Shown in pieces: positions 14,001 to 23,973 of a DNA stretch of 64,000 bases. The notes beneath the pieces were generated by a model that searched no databases, was not told where the DNA came from, and saw only the letters and a program-made list of their open reading frames with translations. The number at the start of each line of letters is the position of its first letter. The stretch's first letter is position 1. Source of the DNA: a virus (lineage: Duplodnaviria; Caudoviricetes); IMG/VR virus record IMGVR_UViG_2706796186_000001, positions 1 through 64,000 of that record; one strand, given 5' to 3'. The position numbers were made by a program, and so were the translations under genes.

Positions 14001-16313
14001 GTGGAATATAACGAACCCTTTCGGCTGTCAAAAGACGAGTACAATCGTGACATTGATGTCATTGATGCGTACTTCGAACAAATGACGCTGTACATCTGGC
14101 ACCAAACCGATCACAAGTACAGCAAAGAATTTATCCGTGCACAACTCGATGAGATGTTTGCGGAAGATGGCGAACTGGCTCACACTTACCCGAGTTGTAA
14201 GCTGTGGGTGCGCGACCAGCAAACGGGTGACCGTAAAGAGAAGTTCACCACCGTGGACAAGCTGCTGCGTGTGGTCATCGATAAGCAGATTATTTCTGCT
14301 CCGTCACTGACCTTCTATTTACCTGAGCATGTCAAGCGTTCGAAGCTCGCGGAATTCACCGCAGAGAACGTGCGTAAACGTGCGGTCATCAAAAACGAGA
14401 TGTACGAAGCGGCAGCAGCCGGTAACGACGTCTTAAAGACCAACAAGAAGAACGAACAGAACGCCGTTAAGACTCTGAACAACGGTATGTCCGGTGCGTT
14501 CTCTTCCCCGTATACTGTTATCTTCAACCAGTCGTCACACTCCGTACTGACCTCCACCTGCCGAACAGCGACGTCGTTTGGTAACGCAGGTAACGAGCGT
14601 CTGTTGGGTGGTAACCGACATTACGATACGCCAGCGCGTGTCATTGAGCACTTCCTCAGCATCGGTACCCTTACCGACTTTGCAGAATTCAAACGCTGTG
14701 TTGAGAAGTACAACCTGCATATCCCAACCGTCCAAGAAACCATGGACGTCATCAACTACTCTGCTAACCTGTACTGGCGTTCTGCCGTTGGGTCAGAGAA
14801 AGTTGAACACTACGTGTCCCGCGTCAGTGAACTCGAACGTGCGGCCTTCGTCTACATGGGTGACTTCTTCCATCTGGCGAAGTACAACGACAAGTTCATG
14901 CGTGGTTTCATCGGTGCACTGATCTCCGAAGAAGAGTTCGGCGATTGCGCCCATTGGACAGACGCTGATTGGTCAGCTGCTGAGAAAACCATCGACGGCG
15001 ATATGAAGATTGTGATTGCTCAGTTCCGTACCGATGTGGTACCGCTGGGTAAATCATTTGGGGATGTGAAGCTCAAAGATGAAGAAACGGAGAAAGCCTT
15101 ACCGTGGAGTGAACAGGCCAAGTATAAAGAACTGATTAGCACCGCGATGTACTTGCAGCGCACTATCGGTGAATACGCTTGTCTGATTCGCAACGTCCTG
15201 ACCACCAAAAACCTGCCAATCAACATTGCCCGTATGCCGGACATGATTCGTCGTGTGGGTGTGGTATCCGATACGGACTCCACCATGATGACCGCGCAGT
15301 GGTGGGCACAGTGGTATACCGGTCAGCATTACGGTCGTGAAGCCACCCGTGTGTCAGATGCAATGATTTACATTGCGACTCAGCACCTGCGTCACCTCAT
15401 GGCCAGTATGTCAGCGAACATCGGTGTGGCGAAAGAACGCCTGTTCCTGTACGCGATGAAGAACGAGTATAAGTTTGACTCGTTTGCACTGACCACGAAA
15501 GCGAAACACTACTTCTCCATTATTACCGGACAGGAAGGTCAGCTCAAGAAAGACCCAGAGTTGGAAGTAAAAGGTGTATCTCTGCGTACATCGAACATTC
15601 CACCGGTTATCATGAAGGAATTCAAGAAAACGATTCGTGAGCTGTGCATGATTGTTGCACGCGGCGACCGCATCGAAATCGTTCCACTGCTGGAGAAAGT
15701 GGCGGCTATCGAGCACAACGTTGTAGACTCACTGCGTGCCGGTAATGCTGGGTACCTGAAAACGACCAACATCAAATCCCGTGATGCTTATCAGGGCGAT
15801 GAGAAATCGTATCACTACCACCGCATGTACAACGCTATCTTTGGGCCGAAATATGGGTATCTGGAAGAACCACCGTATGATGCGGTGAAGCTGCCGGTGA
15901 ACCTCGGGTCTAAAACCGCCATGAAAGATTGGATTGAGTCTATCGAAGACCCAGTCATCCGTAATGGTGCGAAGCAGTGGTTTGAAGACACCAATGGCCG
16001 CACTTACGCAACCTTAATCCTGCCGGAATATCTGGTAGAGAACCACGGTATCCCACCGGAGCTGATTGCCGCGGCAGACTTACGCCGTACTGCGTTTGCC
16101 ACGGTAGAACCGTATTACCACGTTCTTGAGTGCTTGGGCGTCTTCATGATTGATAAGAAGCGCACACGTCTGCTGTCAGACTACTACGGTGAAACACTGG
16201 ATGCCGAAGAAGTGTTGCCAGAACTGAAAGATGTGAAGTACATCAAGAAATCTGAACGTGATGCGGAAGAAAGCGAGGAAGAAGAAGATGGTGAAGAAGA
16301 TGCAGCTGAATAA
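14001..16313 (+). CDS. split family-B DNA polymerase, subunit carrying motifs B and C (phiKZ gp50-like)
   Basis: QNAVKTLNNGMSG (motif B) and VVSDTDS (motif C); GTG start with AGGAG SD; acidic tail. Confidence 0.85.
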   Translation: MEYNEPFRLSKDEYNRDIDVIDAYFEQMTLYIWHQTDHKYSKEFIRAQLDEMFAEDGELAHTYPSCKLWVRDQQTGDRKEKFTTVDKLLRVVIDKQIISAPSLTFYLPEHVKRSKLAEFTAENVRKRAVIKNEMYEAAAAGNDVLKTNKKNEQNAVKTLNNGMSGAFSSPYTVIFNQSSHSVLTSTCRTATSFGNAGNERLLGGNRHYDTPARVIEHFLSIGTLTDFAEFKRCVEKYNLHIPTVQETMDVINYSANLYWRSAVGSEKVEHYVSRVSELERAAFVYMGDFFHLAKYNDKFMRGFIGALISEEEFGDCAHWTDADWSAAEKTIDGDMKIVIAQFRTDVVPLGKSFGDVKLKDEETEKALPWSEQAKYKELISTAMYLQRTIGEYACLIRNVLTTKNLPINIARMPDMIRRVGVVSDTDSTMMTAQWWAQWYTGQHYGREATRVSDAMIYIATQHLRHLMASMSANIGVAKERLFLYAMKNEYKFDSFALTTKAKHYFSIITGQEGQLKKDPELEVKGVSLRTSNIPPVIMKEFKKTIRELCMIVARGDRIEIVPLLEKVAAIEHNVVDSLRAGNAGYLKTTNIKSRDAYQGDEKSYHYHRMYNAIFGPKYGYLEEPPYDAVKLPVNLGSKTAMKDWIESIEDPVIRNGAKQWFEDTNGRTYATLILPEYLVENHGIPPELIAAADLRRTAFATVEPYYHVLECLGVFMIDKKRTRLLSDYYGETLDAEEVLPELKDVKYIKKSERDAEESEEEEDGEEDAAE

Positions 16314-16617
16314 AATTACAGCCCGCTTTATTTCTAACCAACCGTATAAAACCATTAACAACATTATCATACCCCCCAACCAAACCATTGGGCCGGTACC
16401 GGCGGGTTCGACGGCGTCCTACCCTAAGCAGGAAGTAGCCCCTCTCGTTCTTTGGGAGGGTAAGGCTTCTGACATTGACCCGCAGCATGAGCAGGTGGAT
16501 TTTATTCTGCGGACGTGGGTAGGGGTGTGTTTGCAAGAAAAAAGCATCGAACAGGTGCAGGCTGAGGAAGACGCTTATCGTGCACGATACCCTAAGCGGT
16601 TTCCTCCCAGACATTAA
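16300..16617 (+). CDS. hypothetical protein
   Basis: ATG overlaps the polymerase stop; 105 aa. Confidence 0.5.
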   Translation: MQLNKITARFISNQPYKTINNIIIPPNQTIGPVPAGSTASYPKQEVAPLVLWEGKASDIDPQHEQVDFILRTWVGVCLQEKSIEQVQAEEDAYRARYPKRFPPRH

Positions 16618-16622
16618 GGTGG

Positions 16623-16805
16623 TTGGTCGTGTACCATGACATCAAATCGTCAAACGAGCGTATCGCTGAGATACGCCGGGAGTACACCGAAAAGGGGTAC
16701 GAAAACATCACGGTCTGGCGAGCAGGGGAGCGGATACACATTCAGGCATACGACCCGAAGCGGAAACGCGACATTAACTGCTACGCCATTCCCAATCCAT
16801 TGTAG
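16623..16805 (+). CDS. small hypothetical protein
   Basis: Fills the operon gap; non-ATG start is uncertain. Confidence 0.45.
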   Translation: MVVYHDIKSSNERIAEIRREYTEKGYENITVWRAGERIHIQAYDPKRKRDINCYAIPNPL

Positions 16806-16813
16806 GGATTCCC

Positions 16814-17398
16814 ATGGAACAGATATTGTTGGAAAGGTTTAAACAGTTCTGCCGCAATGAACGCCTAAAAAGGATGCGGGAGAATCTCCGTGCAAGCATC
16901 TTAAAGATGGTAAATGATACAAACGAAAAGTCTGGGTATAACGAAGCCCTTCATCGTGAACTCGATGACGACAAACTGATCCCACACTTTCGGATGCCGC
17001 AGGCGAATAAGATTTATCAGCCCGGTGGTAAAGGCTCCACGTTGGTTGTGGAGATGAACCCGAACTGTACGCTCGCCAAACGTCTGCTGAAAGAAGCCCA
17101 GTACCGTTACTTCGCTGTCTGGGATTTCGAAGAGATTGAGATGGACTACGGTTTAGCCGGGCACTGCCGTGTGACCGCATTGGCGGGGTTCCTCAATCGT
17201 TTTCCGGGTTTGAAGGGTAAAGTGTCTGTGGGTGAAGACACCCGTGGTCCAACATTGAATGCACCGAACGATGTGGTTGAGTTGGACTTCGTGGTGATTG
17301 CCCCCGATGGCAAGTATCATCTCCAGCGTTTTACCAACGACAACGTAGGGCATGTGTGTGCGCAATTGCACATCAGCTACTACCAGTCAAAAAAATAA
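16814..17398 (+). CDS. hypothetical protein
   Basis: AGGGA SD, 194 aa. Confidence 0.75.
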   Translation: MEQILLERFKQFCRNERLKRMRENLRASILKMVNDTNEKSGYNEALHRELDDDKLIPHFRMPQANKIYQPGGKGSTLVVEMNPNCTLAKRLLKEAQYRYFAVWDFEEIEMDYGLAGHCRVTALAGFLNRFPGLKGKVSVGEDTRGPTLNAPNDVVELDFVVIAPDGKYHLQRFTNDNVGHVCAQLHISYYQSKK

Positions 17399-17488
17399 AA
17401 TGAGGTAATTGCACCCTTTCGAGTGCAATTACAAGTTATTCCCTATTATATGTAAACCGGAATGGTTTACGGGGGAGGGAGTAAATTC

Positions 17489-18553
17489 TCATTTTTCAGC
17501 ATGGTCTAACAAGGGCTGAATCAGGGTTTGCCGGAAGTGGTTATAGACCGCCTTTGGCAACTTGTTTAAGACCTTGGTATCTGAGTAGCGACCGATCTCA
17601 TACGAGACGTCCTTCAGGTACGCATCCATGTGACCTTTGTTGTACTGGAGACAGTGCAGCATCCAATGCCAGTTGACCAACGTCAGATGCCACGAGCCCT
17701 GGAATGTTAATCCGGGGTCACGGTGAACGATGCGGTCAATCGCACTCCGGTCTCCATCTAATGGAAACTGGAATGGCTGGATGACGTGTGCCAATACGAC
17801 CCCCGGTATTGGATTCCCCGTCAATAGCGACTGACGTGTCTGGGTGGCGTTGCGGATAGCAATATCGCGCAACGGCGGAACCGGAATCGTTCGCAAAGGT
17901 TGATCCGTCTCTATATCTTGACCTGTCGCGACAAAGCGATGGATGTTAAGTAAAGAGATATCCATATAGCTCGGTAGCATACGGCTGATAACGTGTCGCC
18001 AGATATACGTCGGGCTGGTCACTACTTCGTTGGAACGGTTGTAATAGGCAAATGCTTTAACGTGTTGCCACAGCAGCTCTACGAGATTGATCTCGATAAT
18101 ACTCACCCCACGCGGCTTGCCATTCCCGAGTTGCCAGTTTAGATTGGTGTACTCGTGATACAGGTAGCGGGCCGGTGCGTATTCGCGAAAGGATAACTCA
18201 GGATCGATTGGGCGGGCCACGAGCGAGATGATCTCATCTTGGCCTTCGATGAACATACCGTTGAAGACTTTTCCGTATTCACCCATCGAGGTTAAGCGCT
18301 CGGCGTTGCCGATGCCAATCAACCGTCGACGACATGCCCACTCTACGGTTTCGTAGTCGGGGTCTGTTGAGTAACCGATGGCTGAGATTAACTTCGCGAT
18401 GAGGTGGCCGGATTCTACACGGGTCTGTACCGAGTCAAAGTAGTTGCGAATACGTTGGTGGTTATTTTTTACAAGAGCTGCCAATTGTATAGCGGTAGGG
18501 TCGACGTTATGCCCTTTGATTTCCACTTGCTTTAATTCGGCTTGACTGAACAT
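17489..18553 (-). CDS. conserved phiKZ-like protein upstream of chimallin (probably virion-associated)
   Basis: AGGAGAG SD before ATG 18553; divergent from chmA, as recalled for phiKZ-like phages. Confidence 0.65.
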   Translation of the reverse strand: MFSQAELKQVEIKGHNVDPTAIQLAALVKNNHQRIRNYFDSVQTRVESGHLIAKLISAIGYSTDPDYETVEWACRRRLIGIGNAERLTSMGEYGKVFNGMFIEGQDEIISLVARPIDPELSFREYAPARYLYHEYTNLNWQLGNGKPRGVSIIEINLVELLWQHVKAFAYYNRSNEVVTSPTYIWRHVISRMLPSYMDISLLNIHRFVATGQDIETDQPLRTIPVPPLRDIAIRNATQTRQSLLTGNPIPGVVLAHVIQPFQFPLDGDRSAIDRIVHRDPGLTFQGSWHLTLVNWHWMLHCLQYNKGHMDAYLKDVSYEIGRYSDTKVLNKLPKAVYNHFRQTLIQPLLDHAEK

Positions 18554-18606
18554 GATTCTCTCCTGTGTTACCACATAGGAACTAGGTCGTAGTCAAAGAA
18601 ATTACA

Positions 18607-18626
18607 GATGTATATTATCATTGTGA
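18607..18626 (+). promoter_or_regulatory. early-type promoter motif (chmA P1)
   Basis: GATGTATATTATCATTGTGA. Confidence 0.75.
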
Positions 18627-18697
18627 CGGTTCCGGTTATTCTTTCTGTTATGTGTTATTCATTAGGCGACGGCTTAACTGTATCCCACAAATTTACA

Positions 18698-18717
18698 GAT
18701 TGATATTATCACTGTGA
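18698..18717 (+). promoter_or_regulatory. early-type promoter motif (chmA P2)
   Basis: GATTGATATTATCACTGTGA. Confidence 0.75.
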
Positions 18718-18756
18718 ACTTACTCGTACTAATTATCTTTCAAGGATTATATAACC

Positions 18757-20568
18757 ATGGTTAAATATGTTGGCGAAAATAACACTCACGTTGAAGCTCA
18801 AGCTGCTGCTGCGGAGTCTGTAAACGTAACTCAGAACACCACCAAAGCTGCACCGGCTGCTGACTACAGCACTGGTAACCACGTCGATTCTTTCGACCAA
18901 GCGTTTGACTGGTCTTCTTCTTCTTCTAGCGCAAACGACTTCGTGCGTCTGCTGAAAGAAGCCGCTGAGAAAAACGAATACCTGTCCCGTTTCCGTTACG
19001 GTCTGGTAAAAGGCATCTCTGCCGAAATGGGTTCTGCCGCATACGTTGCTGGCGAACTGAACGGCGCATGGCTGTACGGTCTGGTCTTCTTCGAGAAGGG
19101 CCAGTCTATCCGTATCTACGAAACCACCAACCGTCAGGAAGATTACTTCACCCTGTCTAGCCTCATCAATAAAGATGTGCTGGCGAAGGTGTCTGAGTCT
19201 ATCCGTGAAGACCACGGTATCGATAACGTCCACTACATGATCACCAACTGTGTGCCTGACTTCTCCGGCAACGTGGTTGACATCAACTGGGCGAAGTCTC
19301 TGATGGGCCAGCTGCTGCTGGGCGTGTTCGGTCGTGCGGTAGGTTACTTGGGTACCATCGTGCTGAAGAAAACCGATCGCTTCGTAGCGAACGTTGCAAC
19401 TCCGGAAACGGGCGTAGCAACCGACGTCAACGGTCACCCGAACCGTGCGGACATCGCTGTGTACGTTGAGCATACGCCGACCAATCAGGAAAGCGATACT
19501 CCAACGCTGCTGAGCGATAGCATCCCAACTGCGTACCCACCGGTTCGTAGCTGCGGTTATCCGAACCTGCGCTTCACCGGCCTGAAAAAGGCAGTGGACG
19601 GCGTACAGGATCTGAAACAGCTGCAAGGTGAAGTTGTTGTGTCACTGATTGACTCTCAGGCGAAAGGCTCTAAGGCCCCGCTGGAGCGTCAGTTCATCGC
19701 ATTCGGCGCGTTCGCGGATATCGCACAGAACGGCGGCTGGCGTGACCTGTACATCAACACCCTGAACAAACAGGATCGTAAGTTCTCCGCACTGGCTTCT
19801 CATCTGAGCTGGGGTGCAGAGCAGGCTCCTGACCTGGGTAAACTGGATAGCTCTCGTGAGCTGGTTGACCGCGCACTGCGTGTGTTCGCACCAAGCTCTG
19901 CTGCGCTGGTAGTCCGTCATCGTGCGGGTAACGGTGTGGGTGGTCTGTCCAACATGTTCGCTGAGATTGCTCTGCGTAACACCAACACCCTGGGTCAGCT
20001 GCTGAACGTTCTGAACAGCATGTTTGGCGATGTTGATGGTGTGAACTTCACTACCTACCTCGGTCAGCAACTGGGTGTATCTACCATCACCTGTGCACAT
20101 ATCGTTGCAGCCGCAGTGCCGACTCTGGATGGCGTGTACACGTCTACCGCAGCGCATCGCTCACTGCAAGATATGGACCTGACCTCTGTTGCTACCCACC
20201 TGGGTGACAAACAGCAGGAAATGTACCGTTACATGCACGCCCAGTCTTACGCTAACCGTGAGCTGGAAGGTCATGCTCAGCGCATCTACCTGGCTAAGCT
20301 GGCTTCTGCAATGTACGGTAACCGTTCACTGCGCTTCACTGGCGAATCTCTGGATATGGCAATCCATCCGGTGTTCGCACGTTGCGTACTGGATAAGCTG
20401 CGCCAGAAAGCAAGCTTCCAGGTGAACGGCGTCAACGCCAACAACGAGCTGGACAACTCCCTGTTCTACAACCAGGGTGGTGAAACGTTCGTGCTGTCAG
20501 GTAACGGCCAGACTGGTGGTATCGACACATTCGGTCTGGGTGTAACCCTTACCGACTACAAACTGTAA
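18757..20568 (+). CDS. chmA: chimallin, phage nuclear shell protein (ChmA/PhuN)
   Basis: 603 aa, very strong high-expression codon bias, tandem early promoters, immediately upstream of the nvRNAP beta' gene (phiKZ gp54 position); assignment is mainly by synteny and size. Confidence 0.8.
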   Translation: MVKYVGENNTHVEAQAAAAESVNVTQNTTKAAPAADYSTGNHVDSFDQAFDWSSSSSSANDFVRLLKEAAEKNEYLSRFRYGLVKGISAEMGSAAYVAGELNGAWLYGLVFFEKGQSIRIYETTNRQEDYFTLSSLINKDVLAKVSESIREDHGIDNVHYMITNCVPDFSGNVVDINWAKSLMGQLLLGVFGRAVGYLGTIVLKKTDRFVANVATPETGVATDVNGHPNRADIAVYVEHTPTNQESDTPTLLSDSIPTAYPPVRSCGYPNLRFTGLKKAVDGVQDLKQLQGEVVVSLIDSQAKGSKAPLERQFIAFGAFADIAQNGGWRDLYINTLNKQDRKFSALASHLSWGAEQAPDLGKLDSSRELVDRALRVFAPSSAALVVRHRAGNGVGGLSNMFAEIALRNTNTLGQLLNVLNSMFGDVDGVNFTTYLGQQLGVSTITCAHIVAAAVPTLDGVYTSTAAHRSLQDMDLTSVATHLGDKQQEMYRYMHAQSYANRELEGHAQRIYLAKLASAMYGNRSLRFTGESLDMAIHPVFARCVLDKLRQKASFQVNGVNANNELDNSLFYNQGGETFVLSGNGQTGGIDTFGLGVTLTDYKL

Positions 20569-20586
20569 TCCGTTTGTAGTGTAGTC

Positions 20587-20628
20587 GGGGTGGGAGCAAA
20601 TGCTCCCACCCTACCACCATCTTTTTTT
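20587..20628 (+). terminator. intrinsic terminator after chmA
   Basis: GGGTGGGAGCA/TGCTCCCACCC stem, with a T tract. Confidence 0.7.
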
Positions 20629-20641
20629 GGTTGAGGTAAAA

Positions 20642-22234
20642 ATGCAGGCACCAAAGTTTTATGGAATCTCAGGACGATTAGAGGCACAGGATCATTATCT
20701 GCGTGACCTCCTTATCGAGGCCGGAGCGAAACAAATTAAACCTCCGACCATCATCAATGACTTGGCCATTGGTGGTGACCCCATCAAAGTGGCTGAGCAG
20801 ATTGACCTGCTGGTGCAAAACCGCATTATTGATGAACAGCTCAACTCTGCGCCAATTTGTAGCATCACTTGCGATAACCCGATCGCCCACCGTTACAATC
20901 TCGGTAAGCAATGTCCATGTTGTGGATATCGTGTCACCGAAAACCGTATTGAATCAGACGTGTGGTTGCGTGCGCCAGATGAGATTGAGTATTTCATCAA
21001 CCCGCGCTTCTGGGCGATGTTCAATGCGTTCTTTAATAACAACAAGAAACCGCGCAAGTTTGATCGGACAAAAGTTGCCATCGGTAACGGATCTGATCTG
21101 ATGATGTGGTTCCTTGACCCGTATTACCGTGCCGATGAGCCAGACTCAAAACGTGCGGCTGTTGTGAAGCGAATCATGGAAGAACATGGTGTCCGTCGTG
21201 GGATTCATTATTTCACCGGCCACTACAAACAAATCTTTGATATACTTACCCGGCCTGACAACTGGCGTGAGATTTATCCACCGCAACGCAACAATGCGAG
21301 TGAAAGCGAAATCCTGCGTACCCAATGGGTAGAGCTGATCGAAACCCAAGGTAAGGCTATACTCACCAAACATCTGCCGATTATTTCGTCGAAGATGATT
21401 GTGTCCGAGGAAGGTCGCCGTGGTGTGGTGATTGACCCTATCTTCACCGCTGCCATTGACTCGGTGAAAAACATTGCGCAGTTGTACACCCGTAAACGCA
21501 GTATGGAATCACGCTTTGTTATCAGTAAGGCACTGAAAGCAAACCGTCAGTTGACGTATTTCCATATTGACTTCCGTCGTGAGACACTGGAACAAAAGCC
21601 GGGCCACTATCGTGCGAAAGTATCTTCAACGCATGTGTGTAACTCCGGTCGTGCAACAATCTCACCAATTGCCTCTCCGCATGATGCGTGGAAGTTGGTG
21701 GCACCATGGCGTTGGTCAGTTGGCTTGCTCAGCGTAGACATCGAGTCGAAACTGTTGCAGCGTGGCTTCTCCTCACGTCAGTGTGAACGTATTGTTGCAA
21801 AAGCAGCGATGCAGTATGATCCGTTGGTCGATGAAATCTTCAAAGAGCTGATTGCGGAGTCACCGGGTGGCATGGGTATCCTTGTCCTACCACTGCGTAA
21901 CCCAACGTTGGTTCAGCTGTCTGTACAGGCGCTGTGGATTGACCAAATCATCACGGATGTTGACCAGTGTTCGATTCGTATCTCTGACCGCGTCATTAAG
22001 ATGGCTAACGCCGACTTTGATGGTGACCAGCTCATGGTTTACCGTCCGACCGATCAAATCGAAATCGATCTGGCGATGGCGTTCCGTCCAGACAACGGGT
22101 TCATGTCGTCTACCAAAGTCAATGAGGTAGAAAGAGGCATGATTTTACATAGCGAACTTATCAGTATGCAGAACAGCTTCCTCTTAGAGGCCGAAGAGGA
22201 TGATGAAGTAGGTTTAGCACTCGAAGACTTATAA
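20642..22234 (+). CDS. non-virion RNA polymerase beta' subunit, N-terminal/catalytic part (phiKZ gp55-like)
   Basis: NADFDGD catalytic motif, N-terminal Cys Zn site, SGRATISP and LRNPTL motifs; GAGG SD before ATG 20642. Confidence 0.9.
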   Translation: MQAPKFYGISGRLEAQDHYLRDLLIEAGAKQIKPPTIINDLAIGGDPIKVAEQIDLLVQNRIIDEQLNSAPICSITCDNPIAHRYNLGKQCPCCGYRVTENRIESDVWLRAPDEIEYFINPRFWAMFNAFFNNNKKPRKFDRTKVAIGNGSDLMMWFLDPYYRADEPDSKRAAVVKRIMEEHGVRRGIHYFTGHYKQIFDILTRPDNWREIYPPQRNNASESEILRTQWVELIETQGKAILTKHLPIISSKMIVSEEGRRGVVIDPIFTAAIDSVKNIAQLYTRKRSMESRFVISKALKANRQLTYFHIDFRRETLEQKPGHYRAKVSSTHVCNSGRATISPIASPHDAWKLVAPWRWSVGLLSVDIESKLLQRGFSSRQCERIVAKAAMQYDPLVDEIFKELIAESPGGMGILVLPLRNPTLVQLSVQALWIDQIITDVDQCSIRISDRVIKMANADFDGDQLMVYRPTDQIEIDLAMAFRPDNGFMSSTKVNEVERGMILHSELISMQNSFLLEAEEDDEVGLALEDL

Positions 22235-22249
22235 CAGGAGCAAACGAGT

Positions 22250-22837
22250 ATGTCGATGTGGAAGAATCTCTCTACCGCGTTTACGAAACAAGAAACCGGT
22301 AGCGGCTTTCATGATTTCTTTGAAAGCAAATTTAACATCGACCTGATAGCCCCCGACATGCGTGATAGCGTGTTGGAGCATCGTCGTGAGTTAGCGAATA
22401 TGGAAATCTTCCGTAAGACCACTGCGGCCGTACGCAAACTGCGCCATTCCGATGGTACAGAATGCATCCGCCAGCTGGAAACTATTGGGGAATTCCAACA
22501 CGCCAATCCACTGCTGCAACCGTTCTTGGTCGCCATGCCTGAATACCGTAAACCGTATAACGAATTTATGGCATCAGGCTATGAGAAAGGTTTCTCCGAG
22601 CTGGATATCTTCCGTGGTAATGCGTATATGCACACGGACGATAACTATCGTGAGATGACCACTGACGTCTCTACCGAATACGATGAAGATCGTATCTGGC
22701 ATTGGGTAACCAATGAAGACCGTCAGTACCGTCCGGACGCTGTCGCGAAGGTCGAGTTAAATATCAACCGCGTGAGAATGCGAGACTTTGATTGGGAAGA
22801 TGCAGATCCTTGCTCCCAATTCAACGCCTCGATGTAA
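22250..22837 (+). CDS. conserved hypothetical protein
   Basis: AGGAG SD, 195 aa, core block. Confidence 0.8.
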   Translation: MSMWKNLSTAFTKQETGSGFHDFFESKFNIDLIAPDMRDSVLEHRRELANMEIFRKTTAAVRKLRHSDGTECIRQLETIGEFQHANPLLQPFLVAMPEYRKPYNEFMASGYEKGFSELDIFRGNAYMHTDDNYREMTTDVSTEYDEDRIWHWVTNEDRQYRPDAVAKVELNINRVRMRDFDWEDADPCSQFNASM

Positions 22838-22840
22838 TAG

Positions 22841-22876
22841 AAGAAGAGAGGGAGATAAGCACCCTCTCTTTTTTTC
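22841..22876 (+). terminator. intrinsic terminator
   Basis: AAGAGAGGG/CCCTCTCTT plus T tract. Confidence 0.7.
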
Positions 22877-22922
22877 TTCTGTCAGCGCCCAAATCCTATG
22901 TCAGTAACTGGGGAGATTAAAA

Positions 22923-23309
22923 ATGGTCGTTGCAGTCGGAACACTTTCTACGCGGGGTTGGGCAAAAACAACCGGCGATATGATCACGGAACTGATGAAC
23001 CACTATACCGAAGCCGGGTATAGCCAGTCAGTGATTTACCGTGGGAATATCAAATCATTCTCTTTCCGCTGTGCTGCGTTCGCGCAAGACCCTGAGGAAC
23101 TGGCATCCAAAGTCCAACAAGACTTGGTGTCCTTATACGGGGGTGTGTTCACAGCCGGAGTAGAGGTCGAGTGTACTTACGAGTACCTTAACGATTCAGA
23201 CATACGCTACCGTCTGATCATCAGCCTGCGGGTGTTACCAGCAGTGGGCGGTGATTGGGTTGACGCCATGCGTTATGTGAATGTAGATAAAGGAGCTTAC
23301 GGTGGTTGA
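22923..23309 (+). CDS. conserved hypothetical protein (possible gp25-like baseplate/sheath initiator)
   Basis: 128 aa, helix followed by C-terminal beta strands; the fold guess is inference. Confidence 0.55.
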   Translation: MVVAVGTLSTRGWAKTTGDMITELMNHYTEAGYSQSVIYRGNIKSFSFRCAAFAQDPEELASKVQQDLVSLYGGVFTAGVEVECTYEYLNDSDIRYRLIISLRVLPAVGGDWVDAMRYVNVDKGAYGG

Positions 23310-23973
23310 CGAACCGATTAAGTTTGAAAACAACGCCATGTACGACCTGAACAAGATGGGGCCACAGGAAGTCTTCGAGTTTAACCGCGCGATGGATATC
23401 GAAGCGGAGATTCGTGATAACCTCGACCCGTACGCTCGCTTTACCGAGAGCATGTTCCGTCGTCAGGCATTGCCAATTCTCAGCGGTCTGCTGGATGGGT
23501 CATTTGATGACAATGCGTACATCAACTGCATTGGTTCTGCGATGGTACCGTTACAGGTAGTGCAGGACGAAGATCCGACCAAACTGATGTTCACCATTCC
23601 ACCGTTGTTCTTTACCGGACAATCGTTGCTGCATGTGGAAGGACAACAGTCCCTGACCGATGAAGCGCTGGAGATTTCGTCGCGTGCGGAAATTCTGCCG
23701 ATTCTGGGGCCACGCGCCAAACACGATCTCATTGTCAATACGCTGGACGGTATTGAGATGGCGTCGTACGAAACCAATCGTCGTCGCGCTAAGCAAACGA
23801 TTGATCTGCTGAACTGGGTGTTCAAGCGTTATAAGCTGAATGGCCAGATTGCGTATCCTGCGGGCATGGAAGATTTGATCCAAGCCGACGGTAAAGCTGC
23901 TGCACCTGCGGCGGTTGTACAACGCCAGCCGATTATCTCAGACGATGGTATTGAAGATGGTGAAGACCTCTAA
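23302..23973 (+). CDS. conserved hypothetical protein
   Basis: GTG start with AAGGAG SD. Confidence 0.75.
   Translation: MVDEPIKFENNAMYDLNKMGPQEVFEFNRAMDIEAEIRDNLDPYARFTESMFRRQALPILSGLLDGSFDDNAYINCIGSAMVPLQVVQDEDPTKLMFTIPPLFFTGQSLLHVEGQQSLTDEALEISSRAEILPILGPRAKHDLIVNTLDGIEMASYETNRRRAKQTIDLLNWVFKRYKLNGQIAYPAGMEDLIQADGKAAAPAAVVQRQPIISDDGIEDGEDL

Noticed and set aside
18733-20157. Long antisense ORFs opposite chmA
   Set aside because: Expected by-product of strong codon bias on the sense strand
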